64,000 bases of DNA from Methanofastidiosum sp. (GCA_039679445.1 JBDKUY010000071.1:324-64323); one strand, 5' to 3'; counted from the first letter of the stretch, positions 50,901-60,244 are shown. Notes: generated by a model from the sequence alone, not told the origin. Numbers and translations are program-made.

Positions 50901-53900
50901 CATTTGACAAGGTTCCGTGCTTCCATGGGTCCGCTAATGTTCCAGAGCCAGGTGGTATTGTTCCTCCTGTTCCGGGGTATTGATTTGTACTAATACCGCC
51001 AAAGGTCATGTTTATAGGCAAAACATCATAGAATTCAACATTTAGTGCAGGTGCAGATCCACTATTTGTGATAATAAGTCTCCATTCAACAATATCCCCA
51101 GGTTCTGCGGCAACGCTATTGGTATAAGTTATTCCACCTGTTGTAATATTTCGTCCCTGCTTTGATATTGATAAGGTTGGAGTTCTCCTAGTAATTTGAG
51201 AGCTAGCCTGAGGCGATAATTTAACATCACTACACGGTGTCAAGTATGCGGCCTGTGAGGTAAATGTTCCTGTTGAAGGCATATCACAACTTGAACGGAT
51301 TCTAAACGTAATCGCTATTTCAGATGAAGGCGCCATAGCTCCTAATCCCGGAATTTGGGCTTTAGTCCATCTAACTGGATTTGCACCAACATTTTCAGAT
51401 TCAGCTGGATTTCCGGAGCCCACAACATAAGAAATTCCTGTTGGCAAATTAGCCGTAACATTTACATCATAAACATATGTCAATCCAGTATTTTTGATAA
51501 TAACAGTTGCACTTTGCTCGTCACACATATTGAGTGTCTGAGGTATAATATTAGTTGTTATAGCATCTGTATTCGGTATCCTAACTGAAGCAGTATCTGT
51601 TTTTATAGGCTGGCAGTCTCCACCTAGACAACCTGCGCTTGTTGATGCTAAATTTGTCAGGTTATCACATGCATCGATATTTGCAGTAAAAATAATCTCA
51701 GTTTTGTCTCCGGCATTAATTTTATCTATTATCCAAGTAGCACCGTTAATTGGATTACCATTTCGGTCTTGATTAATATGAAGTTGAGAATAAGTTCCGC
51801 TTGAAGAATTATAAGATAGTCCTGCACCTATAACCTCTTCTAGCCATATATTGTAACTCGCACCGCTTCCTGCATTTGTAAGACAAAGCTTCCATGTGGC
51901 CTTGTCAGTTGTAGCCCAGAGTAATTCTGGAACTTTCATTAAGCATACATTGCCGCTAAGGACTAAGGGATTTTGTGTAGCAACGTTTTGACATGCCCTG
52001 TCATATGTTCCATTTCTATTACATAATCCATCCCAGTAAAGACTAGCACTCATGCCCCCTTGATCTGCACATTTCTTAGTTACATTCATTAATATTCTAG
52101 CTTGAGTGTTAGTAGCAAAATAATCTCCGTATCTCCAAACAAAGTCTGTTGGGCTGTTATTGCTCTCTAACGGAGTATGGCCCACATAAGAGATAGAATT
52201 AATATGATAGTTGCTAAGGGGGAATACTGCTTCCACATCGTATGCTCCAACTGAAGAACTTCTATTAAGTACTAATTCTATATCATAAGTCCCACATTTA
52301 TCAACAATTGGCGGAAGTCCACTAATACTAATACCCATTTGTGAATCATTTACAAGGACAAATGTGCCTATCCTTATCTGCTGAGAGTTCTCATAACAAC
52401 TGCCGCTAACTACAGTTTTTCCTGTGTTTAGAATTGACCAGTCAAAGAAAGGTTCAGACCCACAAGAAGGGCTCGAAGAATTTTGAGTAGACATATTATA
52501 TTCTAATGTTAGCCTAGTATTTCTAATCGAAGTTGTATTCGCATCAAAACATGAAGAGAAATCTATATCGGAAAAGTTCACGTCCAAGTATGTCGAAGCT
52601 GCGGGTGCGTAGTAAACAATGCAAGTTCCATTAATGTCTATTTTGACTTGCCCTTGAAGAACCTGGTTATTTGGCCTTTCCTCTCTGAATTTTAGAGCCG
52701 ATACGTTAACATCATCCCAGAAACTAATATCTGAAAAATTAAATTCATTTGTATATTTTATTGAAGTACATTTCTCAAAATTATAACTAGATGAAACATA
52801 TTTATTAGATGAAACAGTTTCTGAGCATTCAAGTACTGTTGACTGAGAAGATGAAGCCGTTCTAACACAACCACAACAGTCTGTAACTGTAGCAGTTACA
52901 TTATTTGTGGCTGTGGTATAACAATATTCACAATCAGAATAAGTTGGGGATTGAAGAGTAATTGATGTATTTAGACCTAGTGCAGGAGTAACAGTCCAAG
53001 TGATGGTATTTCCAGAAACACTGCCGCCGCCGGCATTTATTATAGAAAATCCTGAAGGTATAGTATCCACAACAACTATGTTTGAAGCAGAGCTATTACC
53101 ACACGATGTTGGACCAGAATAAGATGCAGTAATATTGTAAGTTATAGATTCTCCTAAGTACATCTGTGAGGGCGCACCAGTTTTTGAAACAGAAACTGAG
53201 GGAATATTCTGAACAGAATAACTGCCAAACTTAACAGGAGGATAAAAAACTTGATTGCAATAAAAATATTCTGGCCTAAATATAACTGTACCAGATGGCA
53301 ATGACCCGCACCAATCACCTGAAGGAACTAAATCGAATGTAAGATTAGTAGCTCCATTTGGAATATCTCCAAGGACAAAATATTTTCCAGTATTATTGTA
53401 AGATGCCCCAGCTGGGGAAGTAATATTTGCAACAGTTAAACTTCCAAAATCAGCAGACAAATTAAAATCATAAGCTTTTCCGCCAGTATTTGTAATTGGA
53501 ATGGTAAAAGTGTTTCCAACACCGCAGTAATTAATATTAAAAGAAGGAACAGTATAATCTATCTTTGGCGGATTTGGTTGAAAAGCTATACTTGCTATAG
53601 TTTCTTGAGTTTGACAAACACCGCAACTTCCCCATGTAACACTCGCAGTATCATATAATTGGGTACACCCAATAACTTTTGCACTTATTTGGATTAGTAC
53701 CTCATCGTCTGGTTCCATATGAGAAAGAGCGGGAATTTGTGTAGATGTCCATTCCAATGTTCCAAGACTTGTTACTACACCTGCAGGTGAAGAAGAAATG
53801 TATTGCAATCCCGGTTGTAAAGTATCTGTTATAACTACATTTTCAATTGGCCCAAGCCCAGTACTTGTCACTGTTATAGTCCATGAAACATTATTCTCTA

Positions 53901-54342
53901 AAGTGGCATTTTGAGTAGAAGGTGTTTTTTCTATTGTAACCGCACCTTGATACACTGTAATTGGTTTTGTAAAAGATAGAGAGTGTGAGCTATTATTATA
54001 ATCATATGCCCCATTTGCAGAAATATTTCCAACTTGTGCATTGCACAAAGTGTTAACTCTGATCTTTTTTATATCAGAAAGACCCGGACCTAAGGAAGAT
54101 ACATTGTGTTCAAGGGTGTCAGAAGTGCTAAATCCTATTGGTAAGGTAATTACATAATTAATATCAATTGCAGTTTCATTGACTGAAGTATTTCTTAAGG
54201 TAACATTATAATCATAAGGAAAACAATTATAGACTGCAGCATTTCCGTCAATGCTTATATCTATGATCTGGGCAGAGACAGGTATTAAAGAAAAACTTAG
54301 TATAGAAAGTAATAAAATAAATATAATAGATGGTTTATTCAT
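47998..54342 (-). CDS. Very large secreted DUF11/Ig-like repeat surface protein, Cys-rich
   Basis: Signal peptide; many 'K....PG..V.YTI.V.NTG...A.DV...D.LP.GL.Y' units; helical C-terminal domain with CDLC and CC. Confidence 0.88.
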   Translation of the reverse strand: MNKPSIIFILLLSILSFSLIPVSAQIIDISIDGNAAVYNCFPYDYNVTLRNTSVNETAIDINYVITLPIGFSTSDTLEHNVSSLGPGLSDIKKIRVNTLCNAQVGNISANGAYDYNNSSHSLSFTKPITVYQGAVTIEKTPSTQNATLENNVSWTITVTSTGLGPIENVVITDTLQPGLQYISSSPAGVVTSLGTLEWTSTQIPALSHMEPDDEVLIQISAKVIGCTQLYDTASVTWGSCGVCQTQETIASIAFQPNPPKIDYTVPSFNINYCGVGNTFTIPITNTGGKAYDFNLSADFGSLTVANITSPAGASYNNTGKYFVLGDIPNGATNLTFDLVPSGDWCGSLPSGTVIFRPEYFYCNQVFYPPVKFGSYSVQNIPSVSVSKTGAPSQMYLGESITYNITASYSGPTSCGNSSASNIVVVDTIPSGFSIINAGGGSVSGNTITWTVTPALGLNTSITLQSPTYSDCEYCYTTATNNVTATVTDCCGCVRTASSSQSTVLECSETVSSNKYVSSSYNFEKCTSIKYTNEFNFSDISFWDDVNVSALKFREERPNNQVLQGQVKIDINGTCIVYYAPAASTYLDVNFSDIDFSSCFDANTTSIRNTRLTLEYNMSTQNSSSPSCGSEPFFDWSILNTGKTVVSGSCYENSQQIRIGTFVLVNDSQMGISISGLPPIVDKCGTYDIELVLNRSSSVGAYDVEAVFPLSNYHINSISYVGHTPLESNNSPTDFVWRYGDYFATNTQARILMNVTKKCADQGGMSASLYWDGLCNRNGTYDRACQNVATQNPLVLSGNVCLMKVPELLWATTDKATWKLCLTNAGSGASYNIWLEEVIGAGLSYNSSSGTYSQLHINQDRNGNPINGATWIIDKINAGDKTEIIFTANIDACDNLTNLASTSAGCLGGDCQPIKTDTASVRIPNTDAITTNIIPQTLNMCDEQSATVIIKNTGLTYVYDVNVTANLPTGISYVVGSGNPAESENVGANPVRWTKAQIPGLGAMAPSSEIAITFRIRSSCDMPSTGTFTSQAAYLTPCSDVKLSPQASSQITRRTPTLSISKQGRNITTGGITYTNSVAAEPGDIVEWRLIITNSGSAPALNVEFYDVLPINMTFGGISTNQYPGTGGTIPPGSGTLADPWKHGTLSNVSGSNTATYYVWGSVSKCDVSRNNTAYVRYGCDVPCINYIASTGTRSLRTRPNITITPSIVGTFTTCDGTIRLVIQNSSGYPTSYNVIVTSTLPPGFVFDSMVNGPNPTPNPPSNPAQPIWSLGNMSGNTTTTLEFRVKNDGISCGTVTPGTNNVRVDYQDSCSNNLFVTNNTLAINPLKPILSVSKTPVIQPVAPGGTGSWTITITNTGNAPAYNVTVIDTLSADWGVPIIAGNGTNGEVPSLVGNTITWQIPGPIPQSGGTWSAPLSARLNDVSSTGTNGVIAVGKCSNGCIYSSATASARIINIQGLFKESEKEKATIGEGVVFDLAVVYSGVSANYTNTTIIDHLPDGIEYVSHTYTDTYGGTIQQFTQNGQVLTWKLGTPLGESNRNFTGPNNVMIKITGLIKNIRPDNVIGVVLVNNANTSFIQDGAPYNISDLDDVRIVEPNLTIEKQGDKTQGLPGENVHYTITVRNTGNSSAYDVVIQDQIPSGLILVGGSITSSPTADTTMVIGDDDIIQWTYRSIPPNNAVILEYDATIPPQGGSFTNTVTNTEYFSLPVGNDERRQYDPLSDDWNVISPGTDLQKVTLNTDINVPSPGGIVYFSLTITNTGVMTLNPVKLIDYLPDGLTYRPGYSTVGGIPYEPNSIVGSPQVLTWDNIGTMNPTEVIIVQFQATVDPGRIGTFTNQATVIGTSSIGDVTDTDTSNVGVKGPAINITKSVEPPWGKNGFTNEYTLVITNTGEVILDPVTVTDTLPVGLTYANLSSIAPDTVLVNSNGTTTITWNNIGPLAVGESKTIKSSAKFNGLENKSINYAETEGTPPNGDPVSDNDQVEILKHPGINPRETLRIITKGYMKRCDLCYTQDLIKEAREVITHQYIVDEDDTCCRPDDIIEELKIEILNRGLDKDPRYIRAIKLLDDSERLCREANEAFDKGNYGLAQRLTKEKCEAISEAMRLMIDSLSTKN

Positions 54343-54545
54343 GTAAAATTTAAAATTTATTGATATATAAAGTTTACGGTTTTGGTAATCGATTACTGAA
54401 TATATAGTTACAATAACTAAGTATTTAGGTTAGATACCACACAATTAACATAAAAATATTGATATAAAAAAAAATGCAACATGAATACTTTATTAATGGA
54501 ATATTGTTTTACATTGACCTTTAAAAAAAATAATTAAATAATAAA

Positions 54546-56294
54546 TTAAAGTCCCTTGAATGCTTTGTCAATTAGCTTTTTCTCAGGAGGTTTTGTCAGT
54601 AGACTTACAATTATCATAAGTGCAACTGATATAGGTATTGCAATGAAAAATGGGTCAAGTTGTGTGAGTGAAGCCTTAGCATTTAGTAATACTGGTTTCC
54701 CAAATATCCATTGACATATCCTCAAAGGCTCAGATTCAGATACTTTAAAGAATAATGTCCATATTATCCAGGATAAGAATCCTCCGACCATTGAAGCTAT
54801 TGCGCCCATTCTTGTTGATCTTCTCCAGAACAATGCTCCTGTGTATGCAGGCAAGAAAACTGCACTGCACATACCCATGAATATTGTTGTACCTCTAGCA
54901 ATTATTGCCGGAGGAAGTATGTACCCTAAAGCAAGAGATACTAAGACTGTTGCACCAATTCCAATTTTTGTCACAGTTACTGCATTAATCTTCTCTGAAG
55001 ATTTTCTTAGCCAGACGTGATAAAAGTCGTGCCCGAAAGAAGTCCCCATAGCATGGAACTGCCCCGAAATAGTAGACATTGCAGCCGATATTAGGGTAAT
55101 CATAAATAGTATGACAAACCAACTTGGGAACCTGTAATTGACATATTCAGGTATCGCAGAATCGGTCCAGTAAACATACTCTGATGGCCTTCCAACAAGT
55201 TTACCGCTTTCATCGTATTTGAAATACAAATCTCTGATCTGTTGATTTGATAGCCCCGGATTGTAATCGGCTTTTATTACTTCGACACCCTCTTTTTCAA
55301 AATATGAATTAGTAAGAGATCCAACTGTGAAGGCAACACCTGTCATCAAAAGGATGAAAACTCCCCCTATCCCCACAGCTTTAGTAAGATCACGTTTGTT
55401 TTTTGCAGTCATACAACGGACTGCGAGTTGAGGTTGCGCAAGTACCCCTACACCAACACCGAATATCAGACCCATAAGAACTGACCAAAATATCCCTTGC
55501 GTGTCATTTAGTCCACTGGCATCGGCTGGGGTATTTCCAAGACTCATGGTAGGAAAAGAAGTAAATCCTTGATGGCCAAATATACTAAGGGGCGCCCCTT
55601 TATTTGTCAGCATTGAATATGAATCTGTAAGCTGGAAATTTTCAAGGGATTGGTGAGCTGCTGTTACGCCTCCGAATGCAGCATAGGTACCTACCAAAAG
55701 TAATATCATCCCAATTGCCATTATAGTTCCCTGTAATGCATCGGTGTATAGCACCGCCAGTAATCCACCAAAGAGAACGTAACCTGCGACTATTCCAGTC
55801 ATTACAATCAAGGCAAGATTAAAATTAAGATTAAATGTTGATTCAATCATTCTTGCTGCCCCAATTATAACAACAGACGCATATAAAGGCATGAATATCG
55901 TGATAAGCAGACCAAAGGAACCTTGTAAGGTCTTGGAATCGAATCTCTTACCAACAATTTCAGGGAATGTGAGTGCACCTAAATTTTGCCCAACATGCCT
56001 TGCTCTGTTTCCCCAGACGACAAATGCCAAAAATATTCCAACAAAAATATTCATGAATGTAAGCCAGAGAAGCCCCATCCCGAACATGGAAGCCGAGCCT
56101 CCAAATCCCACTATTGCCGATGTACTGATAAAAGTAGCACCGTAAGAAATCGCAATAATGTATGGGTGGACATTTCTTCCAGCCAACATATAATCTTCCT
56201 TGTTTTTTGTTTCCTTCCATCCTTTGTGGGCTAGAAAACCAGTAACAGCAAGATAACAGAATATTACAATAATTGATAAAGCTGTATTTTCCAT
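54546..56294 (-). CDS. Sodium:solute symporter family protein
   Basis: DYMLAGR, SYGATFISTSAIVGFGG, GG..AV.YTDALQG, GVLAQPQL.VR.M, SAAMSTIS. Confidence 0.95.
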   Translation of the reverse strand: MENTALSIIVIFCYLAVTGFLAHKGWKETKNKEDYMLAGRNVHPYIIAISYGATFISTSAIVGFGGSASMFGMGLLWLTFMNIFVGIFLAFVVWGNRARHVGQNLGALTFPEIVGKRFDSKTLQGSFGLLITIFMPLYASVVIIGAARMIESTFNLNFNLALIVMTGIVAGYVLFGGLLAVLYTDALQGTIMAIGMILLLVGTYAAFGGVTAAHQSLENFQLTDSYSMLTNKGAPLSIFGHQGFTSFPTMSLGNTPADASGLNDTQGIFWSVLMGLIFGVGVGVLAQPQLAVRCMTAKNKRDLTKAVGIGGVFILLMTGVAFTVGSLTNSYFEKEGVEVIKADYNPGLSNQQIRDLYFKYDESGKLVGRPSEYVYWTDSAIPEYVNYRFPSWFVILFMITLISAAMSTISGQFHAMGTSFGHDFYHVWLRKSSEKINAVTVTKIGIGATVLVSLALGYILPPAIIARGTTIFMGMCSAVFLPAYTGALFWRRSTRMGAIASMVGGFLSWIIWTLFFKVSESEPLRICQWIFGKPVLLNAKASLTQLDPFFIAIPISVALMIIVSLLTKPPEKKLIDKAFKGL

Positions 56295-56298
56295 AATA

Positions 56299-56409
56299 TC
56301 ACTCTTTATTCTCCTTCAATTTGACTACAGACCACCCTACGCAAAGCAGAGTAGACAAAATGGTCAACAGATATGCTGACCACACCCATGGATCAGAAAT
56401 TCCTAACAT
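56299..56409 (-). CDS. Symporter small accessory protein (36 aa)
   Basis: Below the ORF-track cutoff. MLGISDPWVWSAYLLTILSTLLCVGWSVVKLKENKE*, single TM, 4 nt upstream of the SSS gene. Confidence 0.85.
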   Translation of the reverse strand: MLGISDPWVWSAYLLTILSTLLCVGWSVVKLKENKE

Positions 56410-56632
56410 TTTAAATCACGAGTTAAATAAGAGTTTAATATTTATAAATATTTCGTGTGTAATACGAATTTTTAAATAAAATTACAATATAACTAGTATA
56501 ATAAAAATTTATTAATTGGATTAATTAATTATAGGATAAAATAAATAATATTTCAAATATCGGCATACAATATCTTTAAATATTGTATAATCCTCTATTT
56601 TTATATTAACACATTAAAATTAAGATGGGGTT

Positions 56633-57391
56633 TTGATGGAACTATGGAATTTTATTCTGAACAGCCAGAAGCGAATGGATATACTGGATGAATTGTCCCT
56701 TACTAATCCTCAAAAAAGTCTTGATATTGCAAAAAAACTAGAGATGAGATGGCAGGATGTTTCTACCCAGTTGAATCTCTTTGTTGAAAAAAAGCTTGCT
56801 GCCAAGGATGGAACCCAGTTTTATCTGTCCAAACAGGGGCAAATTTACAAATCACAGATCAAAAATCTTCAAGACCTAGAAAACAATGTGGAGAAATATT
56901 CCGATTTTATTGAAAAACACAATATAGAAAAAATCCCAAACTGTTTTGTTAGAGATTTCTTGAGCTGGGAAAAAAATAAATTGAGCCATCTTACACCCCT
57001 TGATGTCTTCCCATTCATCTCAAAAAATGTAAAAGGTTCTAAAACTGAGCACCTGGGCGTATTCTCCAGGATTTCAAAGGACATCCAAGATATATTTTCA
57101 GGAATGGGTGATGGCGTAAACCTCAGGATAATATACCCAATAGAAGAAATAGACAAACTGAATAAAAATGACTATCTCCTGGATAATCAAAAATATGAAG
57201 TGAGATTTGTAGAAAGAAAGGATATGTACTGCGTTATGCAGGTGTGCGATAGGAATTTTTCTTGGATAGGATTTGAAGATCATAAAAATGAGTTCGATTA
57301 TCTTAACATCATAGAGGGGAATGATATTAGATTTTTAGACTGGTCGATATCAAACTTTGAATTCCTATGGAAGAATTCTAAAAAACTTTAG
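56633..57391 (+). CDS. wHTH transcriptional regulator with C-terminal DUF1724-like domain
   Basis: SQKRMDIL..L...DIAKKL....VSTQL..., Y.LS..G, H....IP, DY.......D..F.DW....FE..WK; divergent from the symporter. Confidence 0.75.
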   Translation: MMELWNFILNSQKRMDILDELSLTNPQKSLDIAKKLEMRWQDVSTQLNLFVEKKLAAKDGTQFYLSKQGQIYKSQIKNLQDLENNVEKYSDFIEKHNIEKIPNCFVRDFLSWEKNKLSHLTPLDVFPFISKNVKGSKTEHLGVFSRISKDIQDIFSGMGDGVNLRIIYPIEEIDKLNKNDYLLDNQKYEVRFVERKDMYCVMQVCDRNFSWIGFEDHKNEFDYLNIIEGNDIRFLDWSISNFEFLWKNSKKL

Positions 57392-57398
57392 GGATATA

Positions 57399-58427
57399 AT
57401 GGATTTTCCAGATAGATTAACAAAGGCTTTTGAAGTAACTGAAAAACATTTTGATTCTATAAATATTGAAAGGGCAATTTTTTTATCTTACTACTGTGAT
57501 CTAAAAGACTGCAAATTCTGTTATATGTCTACTATAAAATCTAGCCCAAAAAAAGGATTAAGAAGTATTGAATCACTTTTTGCCGAAGCTTTTCTTGTAA
57601 AAATGGCAAATTGGAAGGTAGAGTTTTTATCTTCAGGTTATGGTGTTTATGATACCAAAAAAATAGTAGATATAGTCAAAGGGATTGCATGTATAACAGG
57701 TGAGCCAGTGTGGCTTAATACTGGAATACTTGAAAGAGATGATCTATCTGTTTTCGAAAATGAATTGAAAGGCGTTACTGCATCTATAGAAACTTTTACT
57801 GAAGAGCTCTTTCAAAAACTATGCCCTTCAAAAAACTGGGATAAGCTAATGAATTTCTTAGATATTGCAACTGAGCTTGGATACAAGAAAGGCGTTACAA
57901 TAATACTGGGTATTGGCGAGAATAGGGAAGATCTTGAAAATCTTTTTGAGATAATTAAAAATTACAAAATAGATAGGGTAACATTTTATTCCTTAAATCC
58001 CCATAAAGGAACTATTTTTGAAGATTCAGTACCCCCGACTTCTTTATACTATCTTGATGTTGTATCAGAAACAAGATTAATGTTCCCAAAACTAGAAATC
58101 GTTACCGGTATTTGGTCGGATAGAATAAATCTAGTAGGACCTCTATTATTGGCAGGTTCAAATGGAATAACAAAGTTTTCATGGCAAAAGTTTTACGGAT
58201 CAAAACTTGGAAAATCTCTCACTTCAGAGATACAAGAATTTGAAAAGATTTCAAAAAGAAGATTCAAAGGGAGCATGACAGATATATCGCTGCTCCAGAA
58301 TAAATTGAAATTTCCCAAAGATCCCATATATAAAAATGAAGCTGTTGAGAAAGAAATAATTGAGAGATCAGATCTAATAAAAGAAAGGATAGAATCTTAT
58401 ATTTCTGAGATTAAGAAAAGTAATTAA
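57399..58427 (+). CDS. Radical SAM protein (biotin-synthase-like fold) with atypical Cx4Cx2C motif
   Basis: ERAIFLSYYCDLKDCKFCYMS, FLSSGYG, WLNTG, IET, TIILGIGE, YSLNPHKGT, AGSNGITKF. Confidence 0.85.
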   Translation: MDFPDRLTKAFEVTEKHFDSINIERAIFLSYYCDLKDCKFCYMSTIKSSPKKGLRSIESLFAEAFLVKMANWKVEFLSSGYGVYDTKKIVDIVKGIACITGEPVWLNTGILERDDLSVFENELKGVTASIETFTEELFQKLCPSKNWDKLMNFLDIATELGYKKGVTIILGIGENREDLENLFEIIKNYKIDRVTFYSLNPHKGTIFEDSVPPTSLYYLDVVSETRLMFPKLEIVTGIWSDRINLVGPLLLAGSNGITKFSWQKFYGSKLGKSLTSEIQEFEKISKRRFKGSMTDISLLQNKLKFPKDPIYKNEAVEKEIIERSDLIKERIESYISEIKKSN

Positions 58428-58855
58428 TGATCATTTTTTACTTTATTAATGTCTTCAACTATAAGCCAATCGTCCATATTGCTATAATCACGCTTATCTA
58501 TCCCAAATGGATGAACTTCTTTTACATCTTCAATTTCTATAAGTACGAGATATCTTTTGCCAATCCACCAATCAAGCTGTTTGTCTGTCAATTTTAGTTT
58601 TTCCTGATTTCTTTCAATTAGATTCTTTGACTCTTCAGGTGACATTTTTTCTGAATTAAATACACTCTTTACTCTGGCTAAAGCTTTGACAAGTCCTTCC
58701 GAATTATTATTGATGAAATACAAGGCATCCCCAGAATTTACTTTTCCCTAGGGTAATTTTCGTCCTGTCGTACCACGAATAATCATTTTTTTGTTTCCAG
58801 AAAGTATTTTATCCATCTCTTTAGCTTTGGCATCTAGGTATACTACATGGTCCAT
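58424..58855 (-). pseudogene. ASCH/PUA-like protein interrupted by an in-frame TAG (58748-58750)
   Basis: ATG 58855 reads MDHVVYLDAKAKEMDKILSGNKKMIIRGTTGRKLP*GKVNSGDALYFINN..., in frame with the ORF-track fragment 58424-58723. Confidence 0.7.
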
Positions 58856-58863
58856 TATATCGC

Positions 58864-59111
58864 CTATTTTACCGAATCAAAACTGCTTTAAATCTTTCTT
58901 TATAGGTTCTGGTAAATGGTTCCACCTAATGCCTTGGATAGCACCTTCCAATCCCTGGAGCATGCTAAAACATGCAGTATCATCGATGGTCTTTATTCTG
59001 ATAAATGCTTCTTTGCTTCCAAAGAAATCAGTTTTCAGGTGTATCGATGCCAACGGCCATAAGTTTCTTACTCACTTCTTTGCCTATGTTTGGCATTTCA
59101 GTTAATTCCAT
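58864..59111 (-). pseudogene. TfoX C-terminal domain (HhH) protein, frameshifted
   Basis: MELTEMPNIGKEVSKKLMAVGIDTPE / LIS / GSKEAFIRIKTIDDTACFSMLQGLEGAIQGIRWNHLPEPIKKDLKQF; needs one added base at ~59033 and one at ~59022. Confidence 0.8.
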
Positions 59112-59113
59112 AA

Positions 59114-59500
59114 TTACCCACTTCTTTCAGATTTTCTCTTTTCCTCAAAATATTTTTTTTCCTCAATCAAATCCATGATTAGCTTATCAAAATTCCATTC
59201 GATATTGTGCTCTGTTAGGACACAAAACAAAGGCTTTGCTATGTTTATATCTGAGAAATTATATAGGAGATATCGTATTTCCTCATCCAAAAAATCGAGG
59301 AACATCAAAACCTTATCCTGTTTATCTTCGAAGAAAGAGCTTTCATCGCTTTCAACTATTTCTGCTATTTTAGTATTTTCTTTTCCAGATGCAGAAATTA
59401 TTTCTAGATTAATATTAAATTTGTTATCAAGGAAGCTTTTTAATTTATTGATATCCTCTTCAGAGTAACCGTATACAACAATGTGCTTTTGCTTTTTCAT
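59114..59500 (-). CDS. DUF3783 family protein
   Basis: LMF..F...EI..., P.FCVLTEHNIEW.F.KLI.DLIEE..YF. Confidence 0.75.
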   Translation of the reverse strand: MKKQKHIVVYGYSEEDINKLKSFLDNKFNINLEIISASGKENTKIAEIVESDESSFFEDKQDKVLMFLDFLDEEIRYLLYNFSDINIAKPLFCVLTEHNIEWNFDKLIMDLIEEKKYFEEKRKSERSG

Positions 59501-59550
59501 GAAAAATTAGGATAATTTTATCTTTATAACTTCTTTGTAAAGAGATTGAA

Positions 59551-60093
59551 CTATATCTTTTTAGAATAGAGATCTTCTTTTAGGAAGGGTATAAGTGCAA
59601 GTTTAAGTGCAGAAACGTAAAGGTCCTTTCTCTCAACGACGCCATCTGTTAGAAATCCAACGGCCCCGCCTTTTCTTTTGATTTGAGCGTCACCTGTTAC
59701 ATCTGCCATTACATCTCCAAGCTCAACGCCTTCAAGAACTTTTTCGATAGCATCGTTCCATAGTTCAAACATAGGAGATGTCCCAAATCCTATATTTCCC
59801 TTGTTGCCCATTATACATGCTACCCCGATGCCAAACCACTTTGAATAAATATTAATTACTCCTCCTTCGATTCCGACGAAAAAAGATGCGCCAATTTTTG
59901 CCTTATCATCTAATTTTTTTAAGACTTTAGCACGGTGCTCTGCGCCTTCAAATGTTTCATCATCTGCAGGTTGGTCAGGTACTGAACTGCCTACTTCTAT
60001 CCCTTCTACTTCGATATCATTAAAATAAGAAGAAAATGCTTCCTTTGCAGCATCTGTCTTCACCGGATTCTTAGAGCCTACTAGGACCTTCAT
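59551..60093 (-). CDS. yjjX: Inosine/xanthosine triphosphatase (YjjX/DUF84)
   Basis: VGSKNPVK, SSVPDQP..ET..GA..RA, VGIEGG, ELGDVM, GAVGFLT.G...R; ATG 60093 preferred. Confidence 0.9.
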   Translation of the reverse strand: MKVLVGSKNPVKTDAAKEAFSSYFNDIEVEGIEVGSSVPDQPADDETFEGAEHRAKVLKKLDDKAKIGASFFVGIEGGVINIYSKWFGIGVACIMGNKGNIGFGTSPMFELWNDAIEKVLEGVELGDVMADVTGDAQIKRKGGAVGFLTDGVVERKDLYVSALKLALIPFLKEDLYSKKI

Positions 60094-60189
60094 TATCAAG
60101 AATATATTCAAATTACTTATATATTTTCTGGAAAACATAGGATTATTCTCACGAAACCTTTAAAAACTCCTTAGAACTCATTTGTCTAT

Positions 60190-60233
60190 CTTATGGAATG
60201 TGGATTCAAGCGAAATGCTTGCCGAACCATAAG
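60190..60233 (+). promoter_or_regulatory. Structured 5' leader of rpl15e (eL15 ribosomal leader-like)
   Basis: Outer stem CTTATGG/CCATAAG, inner hairpin CAAGC-GAAAT-GCTTG, 3' strand overlaps SD AAGGAGG; TATA at ~60159. Confidence 0.7.
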
Positions 60234-60244
60234 GAGGGATTTAT

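Noticed and set aside
57399..58427. Biotin synthase (bioB) or HcgA assignment
   Set aside because: The Cys spacing matches neither and there are no bio or hcg genes nearby; left as an unassigned radical SAM protein.
59028..59030. TGA in the TfoX-like gene as selenocysteine
   Set aside because: Similarity continues in a different frame, so this is a frameshift rather than read-through.
58791..59105. 104-aa + strand ORF in the track
   Set aside because: It is the antisense shadow of the frameshifted TfoX-like gene and the start of the ASCH-like gene.
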